Assembly: GCA_046598515.1 (NCBI GenBank) | Contig: JBKJIP010000271.1 | Span: 1-33,763, forward strand | Length of the DNA: 33,763 nt | Origin: Fimbriimonadaceae bacterium | Lineage (GTDB): Bacteria > Armatimonadota > Fimbriimonadia > Fimbriimonadales > Fimbriimonadaceae | Direction: 5' to 3' | In this document: in pieces, positions 24,453-33,238 of the stretch | How the letters are laid out: each line of letters opens with the position of its first letter | Numbering within the stretch: the stretch's first letter is position 1 | The notes under the pieces: model-generated | What the model saw: the letters and a program-made list of their open reading frames with translations, nothing else | Database searches by the model: none | Told to the model about the DNA's origin: nothing | Position numbers and translations under genes: made by a program

Positions 24453-25334
24453 TCATTTTCTTCCGGCCGCGATGTAAAGTCCCATGACGACGCCGGGAAG
24501 ACATCCGCTGGTTATGCAGCAGCACACCGCGAATGGGATCAGCCAGACCAGGCTCGTCCGCCGGTCCAAGATATCCATGATCATCCAAGTTAGCGAGGCA
24601 AAGGCCGTTAGGATGGAGAGGCCGATGACCACTACCGATCCCATTGCCGGCTGGATTTGTTGCTGAGGCTGCCGTCCGGCCAGCATGTCTTGGAACTGAC
24701 CGGGAGCCATCAAGAAGGATATTCCGAAGAGAAAGATGGGAAGAATCGCAAGTCCGGCGCCGATCCAGATCCAAGCATTTCCCATTTTCTCGACAAGGGG
24801 AATGCTATGCACTTCTTCAGGGTCCGAATCATAACCCTCTCGATAATATGGGTCGGTATGGTCGCCCGTCGGTCGATATGGGGAATCGATCGGTTCGGCG
24901 TCTTCGGCGAAAACGTCCATGGGCTTAGCCGCCATCCCTAGCTCGATTTCGATCTTTCGACAGAGATCCTGAGCGGCCAAGTGCGAGCCGTCGAAGTCCA
25001 CCGCCTTCCGAGCCGCCTCCAGAGCCGGCTGGGTCCGCCCGATGCCGTACAGGTGGACAGCAAGGTTGTAGTGCCCTTTTGTGGTCGTCGGCTGAATTCG
25101 GATGGCTTCGCGGAACGAATCCGTGGCGGCATCCGGTTGATTGGTTTGGGACTGTGCGATTCCACGAACGATGAGGCCTTCGTAGCTTTGGGGATCCAGC
25201 GTCAAGCACTGTTCGATCAGAGTCAGGGCCCTTTCAAATTGGCCCGTTTGAACGGCGCTGGTCGCTTGCTCCAAATAGGACTTGGCTTCTTCGTTCGGCA
25301 TGACCCTGAAAGGATACGCGACGAAGCGCTCCAA
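24453..25334 (-). CDS. TPR-repeat protein with C-terminal multi-pass membrane region
   Basis: N-terminal TPR-like repeats (ALTLIEQCLTLDPQSYEGLIVRGIAQ..., AIRIQPTTTKGHYNLAVHLYGIG...). The C-terminus has 3 or more hydrophobic helices ending in a Cys-rich segment FAVCCCITSGC. TTG start at 25334; alternative ATG at 25301. Confidence 0.7.
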   Translation of the reverse strand: MERFVAYPFRVMPNEEAKSYLEQATSAVQTGQFERALTLIEQCLTLDPQSYEGLIVRGIAQSQTNQPDAATDSFREAIRIQPTTTKGHYNLAVHLYGIGRTQPALEAARKAVDFDGSHLAAQDLCRKIEIELGMAAKPMDVFAEDAEPIDSPYRPTGDHTDPYYREGYDSDPEEVHSIPLVEKMGNAWIWIGAGLAILPIFLFGISFLMAPGQFQDMLAGRQPQQQIQPAMGSVVVIGLSILTAFASLTWMIMDILDRRTSLVWLIPFAVCCCITSGCLPGVVMGLYIAAGRK

Positions 25335-25417
25335 AGATACGCCTAGACCCGTCCTCCATTCGGTATAGTCTCATATCGCACCCCAGCCAACTCAACAGGA
25401 AGGTAGGTGACTTTCAA

Positions 25418-26638
25418 ATGAAGTCCAATCTCAAATCTCTCGCATTAACTGCGTTCAGCACACTCCTCATCAGCAGCGCCCTAATCGGTTGCGGCAACAA
25501 AGATGGCGGCACGACCACAACCGCGGGCACGACAACGACGTCAGGTGACGGCGGAAAGTCGGCCGGCGGCCTCAAGCTCGGTCTCGCGGCCAGCCTTAAC
25601 GGCGCTCTCAAGCCGTGGGGCGAAGACAGCCAGAAAGGCGCCCGACTCGCAGTTGAAGAAATCAACGCGGCCGGCGGCGTCAAGGGCAAGATGATCGAAC
25701 TGATCGAAGAGGACACCAAGTCCACTCCGGAAGACGGCAAGACCGCCGCGGAGCGCCTCATCGAAAAGGGTTCCATCGCCATCGTCGGCGAAGTCGCGTC
25801 GGGCATTACCGCCCAGATCGCGAATGCCGCGGAAGCCAAGAAGATCCCCGTCATCGCCGTTGGCGCGACCAAGACCGACCTGCCCGGTATCGGTGATTGG
25901 GTCGCTCGCGTCTGCTACGTGGACGATCTTCAAGGTCCGGTCATGGCCACTTTCGCCCGCGAAAAGGGACTCAAGAACGTTGCCCTCATCACGGACAACA
26001 AGCAGCCTTACTCTCAGTATCTGAGCAAGACGTTCAAGGACTCGTTCATCAAGCAAGGTGGCACGATCACCGGCGAAGAGTTCTATGAGTCGGGCATGAC
26101 TCAGTTCGCGGCTCTTCTCGCGAATGTCAAGGCCAAGAACCCGGACGGTCTGTTCCTCAGCGGCTACTTCAACGAAGTAGGCCCCATCGTTCGCCAAGCA
26201 AAAGAAGCCGGCATCAATGCCATCTACATGGGCGGCGACGGCTGGGACAGCGCGGAGATCCTGACCTCGGGTGGCGATGCCATCCTCGGCGCGTTCTTCT
26301 GCAACCACTACAACAACCAGGAAAACCGACCCGAAGTGAAGGGCTTCCTCGATAAGTGGAAGGCCAAGTACGGCGGCGTTCCCGGAACGACCATGGGCGC
26401 ACTCGGCTACGATGCTGTCAAGCTTGCGGCCGATGCCATGGGCCGCGCGAGCGATCCTTCCAACTCGGAAGAAGTTCGCAAGGCAATGCAAGAGACCGAA
26501 GGCTTTGCCGGTGTCTCTGGAATCATCACGCTCAAGGGCAAGGGTGGTAACCCGGACAAGCGAGCTCTCGTCGTCAAACTGACGAAGGACGGCCAAATCT
26601 TCGAGAAGGCCTACGAAGCCGCCGACGTCAAGAAGTAA
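25418..26638 (+). CDS. branched-chain amino acid ABC transporter substrate-binding lipoprotein (LivJ/K family)
   Basis: Lipobox ALIGCGN. Family features LKLGLAASLNGALKPWGEDSQKGARLAVEEINAAGGVKGK and VIAVGATKTDL. Followed by the livHMG permease and ATPase genes. Confidence 0.88.
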   Translation: MKSNLKSLALTAFSTLLISSALIGCGNKDGGTTTTAGTTTTSGDGGKSAGGLKLGLAASLNGALKPWGEDSQKGARLAVEEINAAGGVKGKMIELIEEDTKSTPEDGKTAAERLIEKGSIAIVGEVASGITAQIANAAEAKKIPVIAVGATKTDLPGIGDWVARVCYVDDLQGPVMATFAREKGLKNVALITDNKQPYSQYLSKTFKDSFIKQGGTITGEEFYESGMTQFAALLANVKAKNPDGLFLSGYFNEVGPIVRQAKEAGINAIYMGGDGWDSAEILTSGGDAILGAFFCNHYNNQENRPEVKGFLDKWKAKYGGVPGTTMGALGYDAVKLAADAMGRASDPSNSEEVRKAMQETEGFAGVSGIITLKGKGGNPDKRALVVKLTKDGQIFEKAYEAADVKK

Positions 26639-26666
26639 GCATCCAGGGTTTCATCCCGGAGAGTTT

Positions 26667-26696
26667 CTGGCCGCCCAATGGGGTTTGGGCGGCCAG
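26667..26696 (+). promoter_or_regulatory. intercistronic 12-bp perfect hairpin between SBP and permease genes
   Basis: CTGGCCGCCCAA-TGGGGT-TTGGGCGGCCAG with no T-run. It buries the track ATG at 26678, which supports ATG 26708 as the livH start. Confidence 0.6.
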
Positions 26697-26707
26697 TTAA
26701 GGGGACA

Positions 26708-27931
26708 ATGAGTCAGACAAGGAACGTCGGATTAATCGTTAGAAATTTGCTCATCGGCTTTTTCGTGCCGTTGATCGTAATTTTGCTTCTCGGCCTGTGG
26801 CTTGGTAAAGATCCAGGCCTCCTACCGCAGCAAATCGTCGGCGGTATCATGGCCGGCTCCATTTATGCCCTCGTGGCCCTCGGGTACACGATGGTTTACG
26901 GCGTTCTGAAGCTCATCAACTTCGCCCACGGTGAGATCTTCATGCTTGGCGCCTATGCGAGCTTGTTCGGCTCGTGGGCGCTGGGATACGGAGACAACAA
27001 GCTCGAAACATCGAGCCCAATGAATCTAGTCATCCTGCTCATCATCAGCATGGCGGCGTGTGGACTGATCGGCGTCATCGTCGAGTTCCTCGCGTATCGC
27101 CCGATGCGAAATCAGCCGCGCATTGCTTCGTTGATCACGGCCATCGGTTTGTCGCTCCTGTTTCAGTACGGCGGCGCCCTAATCCTGCCGCAATCGCCTC
27201 CCCCCAGCATCCGCGAGAAGGTCAATCCCTATCGCGGCACCGCTCTCATAAATGTGACCCAGCCCGAAGCGTCGCTCTTAACCGCCGAAAAGGCCGCCAT
27301 CGATGCGAGATCCGCGGCGGATAATGCCTTTGAAGAGGCCCGGAAGAACAACGCCCCCAAGGATCAACTCGACGTCTTGGAGAAAGCGAAGATCGAGGCG
27401 AACTCCGCCTATGGCGACGCTCAGCGGAAGCTGGACAGTTCGGGAATCAAGATTCGTATCCCTCAGGGCCAGTTGATCATGTTCTTGACCACCATGGTCC
27501 TCATGGCGATCCTGACCTATCTGGTCATGTTTACATCGGTGGGCAGGGCTATGCGTGCGGTTTCGCACGACTTCGACTCCGCTTCGCTGATGGGAATCAA
27601 TGTCGGGCGGGTTGTTACGTTTACATTTTTGATCGGCTCGATGCTGGCTGGAGCGGGAGCGATGATGAATGCTACGTTCTTGGGCACCGCGCTTACAACC
27701 CAGTTCGGCGTGCAGCCGGGCGTCAAGGCGTTCGTCGCCGCTGTTCTCGGTGGCATCGGCAATATTCCCGGCGCGGTCCTCGGCGGACTGCTCATGGGCG
27801 TGGCCGAGAACATGGTCGTTTGGTTAGGCTTCGGCCAATATAAGGATGCGATCGCCTTCGTCATTCTGATCATTGTCTTGCTCTTCCGTCCCGGAGGATT
27901 GCTCGGATCATCGAAGGTGGAGAAGGTCTAA
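26708..27931 (+). CDS. livH: branched-chain amino acid ABC permease LivH-type with a ~80-aa helical loop insertion
   Basis: GSIYALVALGYTMVYGVLKLINFAHGE, GVKAFVAAVLGGIGNIPGAVLGG and LLFRPGGLLG motifs. AAGGGGA RBS lies before ATG 26708. Confidence 0.85.
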   Translation: MSQTRNVGLIVRNLLIGFFVPLIVILLLGLWLGKDPGLLPQQIVGGIMAGSIYALVALGYTMVYGVLKLINFAHGEIFMLGAYASLFGSWALGYGDNKLETSSPMNLVILLIISMAACGLIGVIVEFLAYRPMRNQPRIASLITAIGLSLLFQYGGALILPQSPPPSIREKVNPYRGTALINVTQPEASLLTAEKAAIDARSAADNAFEEARKNNAPKDQLDVLEKAKIEANSAYGDAQRKLDSSGIKIRIPQGQLIMFLTTMVLMAILTYLVMFTSVGRAMRAVSHDFDSASLMGINVGRVVTFTFLIGSMLAGAGAMMNATFLGTALTTQFGVQPGVKAFVAAVLGGIGNIPGAVLGGLLMGVAENMVVWLGFGQYKDAIAFVILIIVLLFRPGGLLGSSKVEKV

Positions 27932-29115
27932 TGAAGTTCTGGGCCATTCGCATCGGTTCCATTGGCATCGCCCTCCTGGCGGTCTATCTCATCCACTCAT
28001 GGGCCATAAAGTCGGAGAGCGAGTTGTTGATTCGGATGACGTTCCTCACCGCGCTCTACATCACGCTTTCGGTCAGTCTAAACCTCATAAACGGCATCAC
28101 CGGGCAGTTCTCGATCGGACACGCCGCCTTCTACATGGTTGGGGCGTACGTTTCCGGGGCGTTAACCAATGCCTACATCAAGGATATGTCTTGGCCCGAT
28201 CCTGTCAAGATGCTCGTCCTCATGATTTGCGGCGCGATCGGAGCCGGACTCGCCGGAATCATTGTGGGCCTTCCATCTTTGCGGCTCCGTGGGGACTACT
28301 TAGCCATTGTCACCTTGGGCTTTGGAGAAATTCTCCGCATCGTCGCGCAGAACACCGAGGCCATCGGCGGTTCCTACGGCATGAACGTCAAGGACAAGTT
28401 CAAGATGGTCTGGATGGTTTGGCTCCTCGCGATCGTCTGCATCGCGGTGTGTCGAAACCTCCTAAAGACTGCCCACGGACTTCCCTTCCTCTCCGTCCGA
28501 GAGGACGAGATCGCCAGTTCGGCCATGGGCGTCAACGTAACGAAGGTCAAGGTGACGGCATTCGTCATTGGATCGGCCTTTGCCGGCGCGGCGGGTGCGA
28601 TGTATGCCAACTTCGACGGCTTCGTATCTCCGACCACGTTCCCGATGGAACTCAGCTTTACGATCCTCACTATGGTCGTGCTCGGTGGCACAGGTTCGAT
28701 CACGGGTTCGGCCGTGGCCGGTGCGCTGCTCTATCTCCTTCCAGAGAAGCTCCGCGACATGCCGCCGATTAGCGGCTCGTCACTGATGGCGAGCGTGATC
28801 GCCCTGTTCATTGCGGTTGTGCTGGTCAAAAAGATAAGCGACCACTATCACGGGCCGAAACTAAAGAAGGCCGGTCTCTTTGTGGCTACTATCGTTGGCG
28901 CATGCATTCTCGAGTTCGTGCTCGCCTTGCTTCTCCAGAACATCAAGTCCCTTCACGACGCGAGCTTTGAAGCGGCCAAGCTGCGTATGGTCATGTTCGC
29001 AGGCACTCTGATTATCCTCATGCTCATTCGACCTCAGGGCATCCTAGCCCATCACGAATTCAGTTGGAGCCTGTTCAAAAAGGGCGATAAGGGTAAGCCG
29101 GCGGTGGCTGTATGA
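27931..29115 (+). CDS. livM: branched-chain amino acid ABC permease LivM-type
   Basis: LNLINGITGQFSIGHAAFYMVGAY, LRLRGDYLAIVTLGFGEI, GVNVTKVKVTAFVIGSAFAGAAGA. TAATG overlap with the livH stop. Confidence 0.85.
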   Translation: MKFWAIRIGSIGIALLAVYLIHSWAIKSESELLIRMTFLTALYITLSVSLNLINGITGQFSIGHAAFYMVGAYVSGALTNAYIKDMSWPDPVKMLVLMICGAIGAGLAGIIVGLPSLRLRGDYLAIVTLGFGEILRIVAQNTEAIGGSYGMNVKDKFKMVWMVWLLAIVCIAVCRNLLKTAHGLPFLSVREDEIASSAMGVNVTKVKVTAFVIGSAFAGAAGAMYANFDGFVSPTTFPMELSFTILTMVVLGGTGSITGSAVAGALLYLLPEKLRDMPPISGSSLMASVIALFIAVVLVKKISDHYHGPKLKKAGLFVATIVGACILEFVLALLLQNIKSLHDASFEAAKLRMVMFAGTLIILMLIRPQGILAHHEFSWSLFKKGDKGKPAVAV

Positions 29116-29879
29116 GTGGACTCCTCGAACTTCAGGAAGCCACGATCCAGTTTGGCGGCTTGATCGCCGTTAACAAGGTCACCTTTGATATTCAGACCGG
29201 CCAGCTCTTCGGGCTCATCGGTCCGAACGGCGCGGGCAAGACGACTTGTTTCAATCTGATCACCGGCGTGTACACGCCGACGAGCGGCTCTATCAAGTTC
29301 GAGGGCAAGGAGATTTCCGGCACTCCGGCGAACAAGATCGCTCGCAAAGGCATCGCCCGCACCTTTCAAAATATCCGCTTGTTCAAAGCGCTTTCGGTGC
29401 TCGAAAATGTTGTTGTCGGCGGATACTTGCGGCACCACACGGGCCTGCTGTCGGGCTTGGGATTGCTTCCCAGCGCCATCAAGGAAACGGAACACCTTCG
29501 AGACGAAGCGATGAAACTTCTGAAGGTGGTCGACCTCGACCACGTGGCCAACGTCCGATCCAACGATCTCTCCTACGGTATGCAACGGCGCCTGGAGATT
29601 GCCCGTGCAATGGCGACTCAGCCGAAGCTCCTCCTCCTCGACGAGCCCGCCGCCGGCATGAACCCCGGCGAAAAGGAAGATTTGATGCATACAGTCCGCC
29701 GTATCCGAGACGATCACGGCAAAACCGTTCTTGTTATCGAGCACGATATGAAGTTCGTTATGAACCTTTGTGAGCAAATCGTGGTTCTCGATCACGGTGA
29801 AGAGATTGCTTATGGACCGCCTTCCTCCATCAGAAATGACCCCAAGGTCATCGAAGCTTACTTAGGCGAAGCAGTTTAG
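29112..29879 (+). CDS. livG: branched-chain amino acid ABC transporter ATP-binding protein LivG-type
   Basis: Walker [55 protein letters not shown] overlap with livM. Confidence 0.88.
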   Translation: MSGLLELQEATIQFGGLIAVNKVTFDIQTGQLFGLIGPNGAGKTTCFNLITGVYTPTSGSIKFEGKEISGTPANKIARKGIARTFQNIRLFKALSVLENVVVGGYLRHHTGLLSGLGLLPSAIKETEHLRDEAMKLLKVVDLDHVANVRSNDLSYGMQRRLEIARAMATQPKLLLLDEPAAGMNPGEKEDLMHTVRRIRDDHGKTVLVIEHDMKFVMNLCEQIVVLDHGEEIAYGPPSSIRNDPKVIEAYLGEAV

Positions 29880-29929
29880 GCTTTTCTTTCTTACACGCCT
29901 TTTATGAGAGGTTCGGTAGGCTCGCGAAC

Positions 29930-31822
29930 GTGCGGGGCAAAGAAGTGCTCTTTAAGATATGGCTTGCGCCTCGGTGGTCGCATTACGCGGTAACTCTTGC
30001 CGCCGTCATCTGTTGCACGATTATCCGTATTCTGCTCGCGCCGGTCCTAGGTGATAGCATCCAGTTGGTCTGGTTCACGATCCCCGTGGGGATCGCCTGC
30101 TTCATCGGGGGCCTTGCACCCGGAATGCTTGGCATCACCCTCTCGATGCTGATCGGAGTTAACATGTTTGTCATCGGCTCGAATCAGTGGCGTGTGAACC
30201 CCACGATGTCGATGGTTGCGGTGGGATCTTTTGGGGCGATCTGGCTCTTTATCTGCTTTGTCTGCGACATCATGCGAAACACGGCCATTGGTTTTCGGCA
30301 CGTGGCGCGCGAGCGTGATCAATCGGAGAATCGCTTTGTTAGCATCCTTTCGGGCATCTCCGATGGCTTTTGCGCCGTGAGTCGAGACTTCGAAGTGCTG
30401 CACACCAATCGTGCATTCCGCGATTTGCTTGGACTCCAGGAAGACGTCAACGGCACGTCCCTATGGTCCCTCCTCAGCGAGAAATCGCATCCCGCGATTC
30501 GAAGTCAGCTCGATACGGCGCTCGCCACCGGCAAGCCCGTGCTCTTCGATGACCAGATCACAACGGACGATCGCTTCTTTCACATTCGAGGATTTCCCAA
30601 TAACCAGGGTCTCTTCGTCTATGTCCAAGACATCACCGCCCGCCGCGATCTCGAGGTGCGCCGAGAGGAACTGTTGAACGAAGAACGCCGGGCCAGAAGT
30701 GAGGCTGAAGAGGCCAACCGCCTGAAGGACGAGTTTGTCGCCACAGTCTCCCACGAACTTCGCACGCCTCTGACCACGATTCTCGGCTGGTCCGAGCTTC
30801 TCGGGCGCAAGGCTCAAGACAATCCAGAGTACGGCGAGGGACTGGCCATCATCGAGCGCAGCACCCGCCTCCAGGCTCAGCTTATTGAAGACCTTCTCGA
30901 CGTTAGTCGGCTGACGACCGGAAAGCTTCGCCTCGACTTGGAAATCATGGACCTTGCCGAGGTCGTCTCCGACGCTGTAAAGTCTGCCCGGTCGGCGTCC
31001 GCGCTGAAGCACATTCAGATCGTCTCGAAGCTGGGCTCGGACGAAGTTTTCGTAAAAGGCGATGCTTCCCGCCTCGGGCAGGTCGTATCGAATCTCATTT
31101 CGAACGCTCTGAAGTTCTCGCCCGAAAACCAGGAAGTCACGGTCGAACTATCTTCTACGGAGACGACCGCTACCATCACCGTCAAGGATCGTGGCATCGG
31201 GATCGACCCCGAGATCATGCCGATTATCTTTGATCGCTTCCGTCAAGCAAACGCCTCAATCACTCGCAAACACGGCGGACTCGGCCTCGGGCTCGCCATC
31301 GTCAAGCAGATCACGGAATTGCACGGGGGCGAGGTCCTCGTTGAGAGCGAGGGCTTGGGCAAAGGCAGCACCTTCCGGATCGTCTTACCGCGGACGAAGC
31401 TAACCCTTCCCATCGGGCTGCCGGAGCCCCAAGGAAGTCTCGCCAAAATCGAGGGGCTAAACATCCTGGTCGTTGACGACGATGAGGCAACGCGCACTCT
31501 GTTGACGGTTCTGCTGACCGATTCTGGTGCCCACGTCACTTCCGCCCAAAACGCGATCGACGCGCTTCGAGAGTTGGATGAGAATCCGCCCGAAATTATC
31601 CTCAGCGATATCGGCATGCCGGATATGGACGGATATGAGTTCATGAAAACCGTGCGGGACCGGGGGCTGAGAGTTCCAAGCATTGCGTTGACGGCGTTCT
31701 CCCGCGAGGAGGACCGCGTGCGAGCCCTCGACTCCGGATTCCAAGAGCATATGGCAAAGCCGATCGATGTCGATCGGCTTTTGAGCACCATTCTGAAGCT
31801 GTCGGAAGCGGCTACGCGGTGA
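29930..31822 (+). CDS. hybrid sensor histidine kinase / response regulator (membrane N-terminus, PAS, HisKA, HATPase_c, REC)
   Basis: DUF4118-like hydrophobic N-terminus. H-box FVATVSHELRTPL (His codon 30752-30754). G-boxes DRGIGI and GGLGLGLAIV. REC domain ILVVDDDE...SDIGMPDMDG...AKP. GTG start. Confidence 0.85.
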   Translation: MRGKEVLFKIWLAPRWSHYAVTLAAVICCTIIRILLAPVLGDSIQLVWFTIPVGIACFIGGLAPGMLGITLSMLIGVNMFVIGSNQWRVNPTMSMVAVGSFGAIWLFICFVCDIMRNTAIGFRHVARERDQSENRFVSILSGISDGFCAVSRDFEVLHTNRAFRDLLGLQEDVNGTSLWSLLSEKSHPAIRSQLDTALATGKPVLFDDQITTDDRFFHIRGFPNNQGLFVYVQDITARRDLEVRREELLNEERRARSEAEEANRLKDEFVATVSHELRTPLTTILGWSELLGRKAQDNPEYGEGLAIIERSTRLQAQLIEDLLDVSRLTTGKLRLDLEIMDLAEVVSDAVKSARSASALKHIQIVSKLGSDEVFVKGDASRLGQVVSNLISNALKFSPENQEVTVELSSTETTATITVKDRGIGIDPEIMPIIFDRFRQANASITRKHGGLGLGLAIVKQITELHGGEVLVESEGLGKGSTFRIVLPRTKLTLPIGLPEPQGSLAKIEGLNILVVDDDEATRTLLTVLLTDSGAHVTSAQNAIDALRELDENPPEIILSDIGMPDMDGYEFMKTVRDRGLRVPSIALTAFSREEDRVRALDSGFQEHMAKPIDVDRLLSTILKLSEAATR

Positions 31823-32516
31823 GCCGGTAGCCAACCCGCGGCTCTGTCAAGAGCAAGCGCGGATTCTCGGGATCGGCTTCGAGCTTCTTGCGGAGATAGC
31901 CCATATACACGCGCAGGTACTGCGCTTCCTCGGTGTACTCTTCGCCCCAAACCTCGGTGAGCAACTGGCGGTGGGTAACAACCTTGCCGGCATGCTTTGC
32001 GAGGGTGAGTAGAATCTTGAACTCGATCGGTGTCAGCCGAACACGCTCTCCGCGCGCATACACTTCTCGCGCAGCACGATCGATCTTGATGTCTCCGGCT
32101 TCGAAAATCGCTTCGGCCGTCGTTCCACCCGCGGCTTGGGCATGGCGCAGAGCTACCTTCATGCGGGCGAAGAGCTCGGCTACGCCGAAAGGCTTGGTGA
32201 CATAGTCATCCGCCCCAGCTTCAAGCGCTTCAACCTTTTGGTCTTCCCCACCCTCGCCGCTAACGATGAGGATCGGAGTGGAGGTCCAGCCGCGCACCGT
32301 GCGGATCACGTGGAGGCCACCAACGTCTGGCAGGCCGAGGTCCAGAAGAATAAGGTCCGGCCGTTTCTTTGCGGCCATATCAATGCCCTCGGCGGCGCTC
32401 TCCGCTTCGATGAGTTTGTATTCCGTACCTTCGAAGGCGGCCTTCATGAGGCGTCGAATGGCGATGTCGTCTTCAATGGCGAGAACCGTGACGGGAACTG
32501 AGAAGTCGTTTTCCAA
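31812..32516 (-). CDS. OmpR/KdpE-like winged-helix response regulator
   Basis: REC domain (VLAIEDD...LILLDLGLPDVGG...YVTKPF) plus trans_reg_C (LTPIEFKILLTLAKHAGKVVTHRQLL...LRVYMGYLRKKLE...EPRVGYRL). The 3' end overlaps the kinase 3' end by 11 nt. Confidence 0.88.
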   Translation of the reverse strand: MENDFSVPVTVLAIEDDIAIRRLMKAAFEGTEYKLIEAESAAEGIDMAAKKRPDLILLDLGLPDVGGLHVIRTVRGWTSTPILIVSGEGGEDQKVEALEAGADDYVTKPFGVAELFARMKVALRHAQAAGGTTAEAIFEAGDIKIDRAAREVYARGERVRLTPIEFKILLTLAKHAGKVVTHRQLLTEVWGEEYTEEAQYLRVYMGYLRKKLEADPENPRLLLTEPRVGYRLTA

Positions 32517-32665
32517 AGTGTTATCGGCCTCCGAGTGGCGTTGTCCCTGAACTCATCTTATTGCAATCTTACGCATTGACCGATGCGTTTCATGCCCGGT
32601 TGACATGCCCTTCCGTTTGGTTAAGCACGTCACCGCAAAAATAGGGCGGCGTGGAGACTATACCT

Positions 32666-33064
32666 ATGAAAACGCCCCTTTTGGGAATCTTGCTCACAGC
32701 CAGCCTGATTGCCTGTTTTGGATGCCAGAACACGGCGGATGGTCTCCAGCAAGACGCGGAGATCAATCGACAAAAGGCAACTCAAGCCAGCGAGAATGCA
32801 GGTTCAAAATTGAAGGAAACCGGCGCAGATGTTTCCGCCGCCGTAACACTCACTCCGGCCATCAAGTCGGCCCTCGGCAAGGATGTAGACCTTAAACCAT
32901 ACGTCGACAACATCGACGTCGACTCAACAGAGGAGAAAGTCTCCCTCAATGGTTTCGTCCCGTCGGCCAGCGCAAAGCTTAAGGCCGAGGATATTGCGGT
33001 CGCCGTGATGACCGAAAGAAAGGCCAAGCAAAAGCTGGTCAACAACCTGGAGATTAAGAAGTGA
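32666..33064 (+). CDS. BON-domain lipoprotein
   Basis: MKTPLLGILLTASLIACFGC lipobox. BON-like segment IKSALGKDVDLKPYVDNIDVDSTEEKVSLNGFVPSASAKLKAEDIA. ATG 32666 is preferred over the GTG at 32651. Confidence 0.75.
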   Translation: MKTPLLGILLTASLIACFGCQNTADGLQQDAEINRQKATQASENAGSKLKETGADVSAAVTLTPAIKSALGKDVDLKPYVDNIDVDSTEEKVSLNGFVPSASAKLKAEDIAVAVMTERKAKQKLVNNLEIKK

Positions 33065-33238
33065 TGACGTGCTTCGCCCCTAACCAACTCACCTTTTTTG
33101 CCCCCTGCGACCTTGCAAGAGTTCCTTGCACGGGAGCTCACCAAGCGCTTGTGCTGATGCGAAAACTCGCTCTGCGCCTGCCCATTCTGAGGGAGTTCAA
33201 CCCCTTTATCTAAACAACACAACCTAAGGAGAACCTAG

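Noticed and set aside
29930-32516. A KdpD/KdpE potassium-sensing pair.
   Set aside because: The regulator resembles KdpE and the kinase has a DUF4118-like membrane region. However, the kinase lacks the KdpD N-terminal sensor and Usp domains, carries PAS and REC domains, is convergent with the regulator rather than co-transcribed, and no kdpABC genes are nearby.
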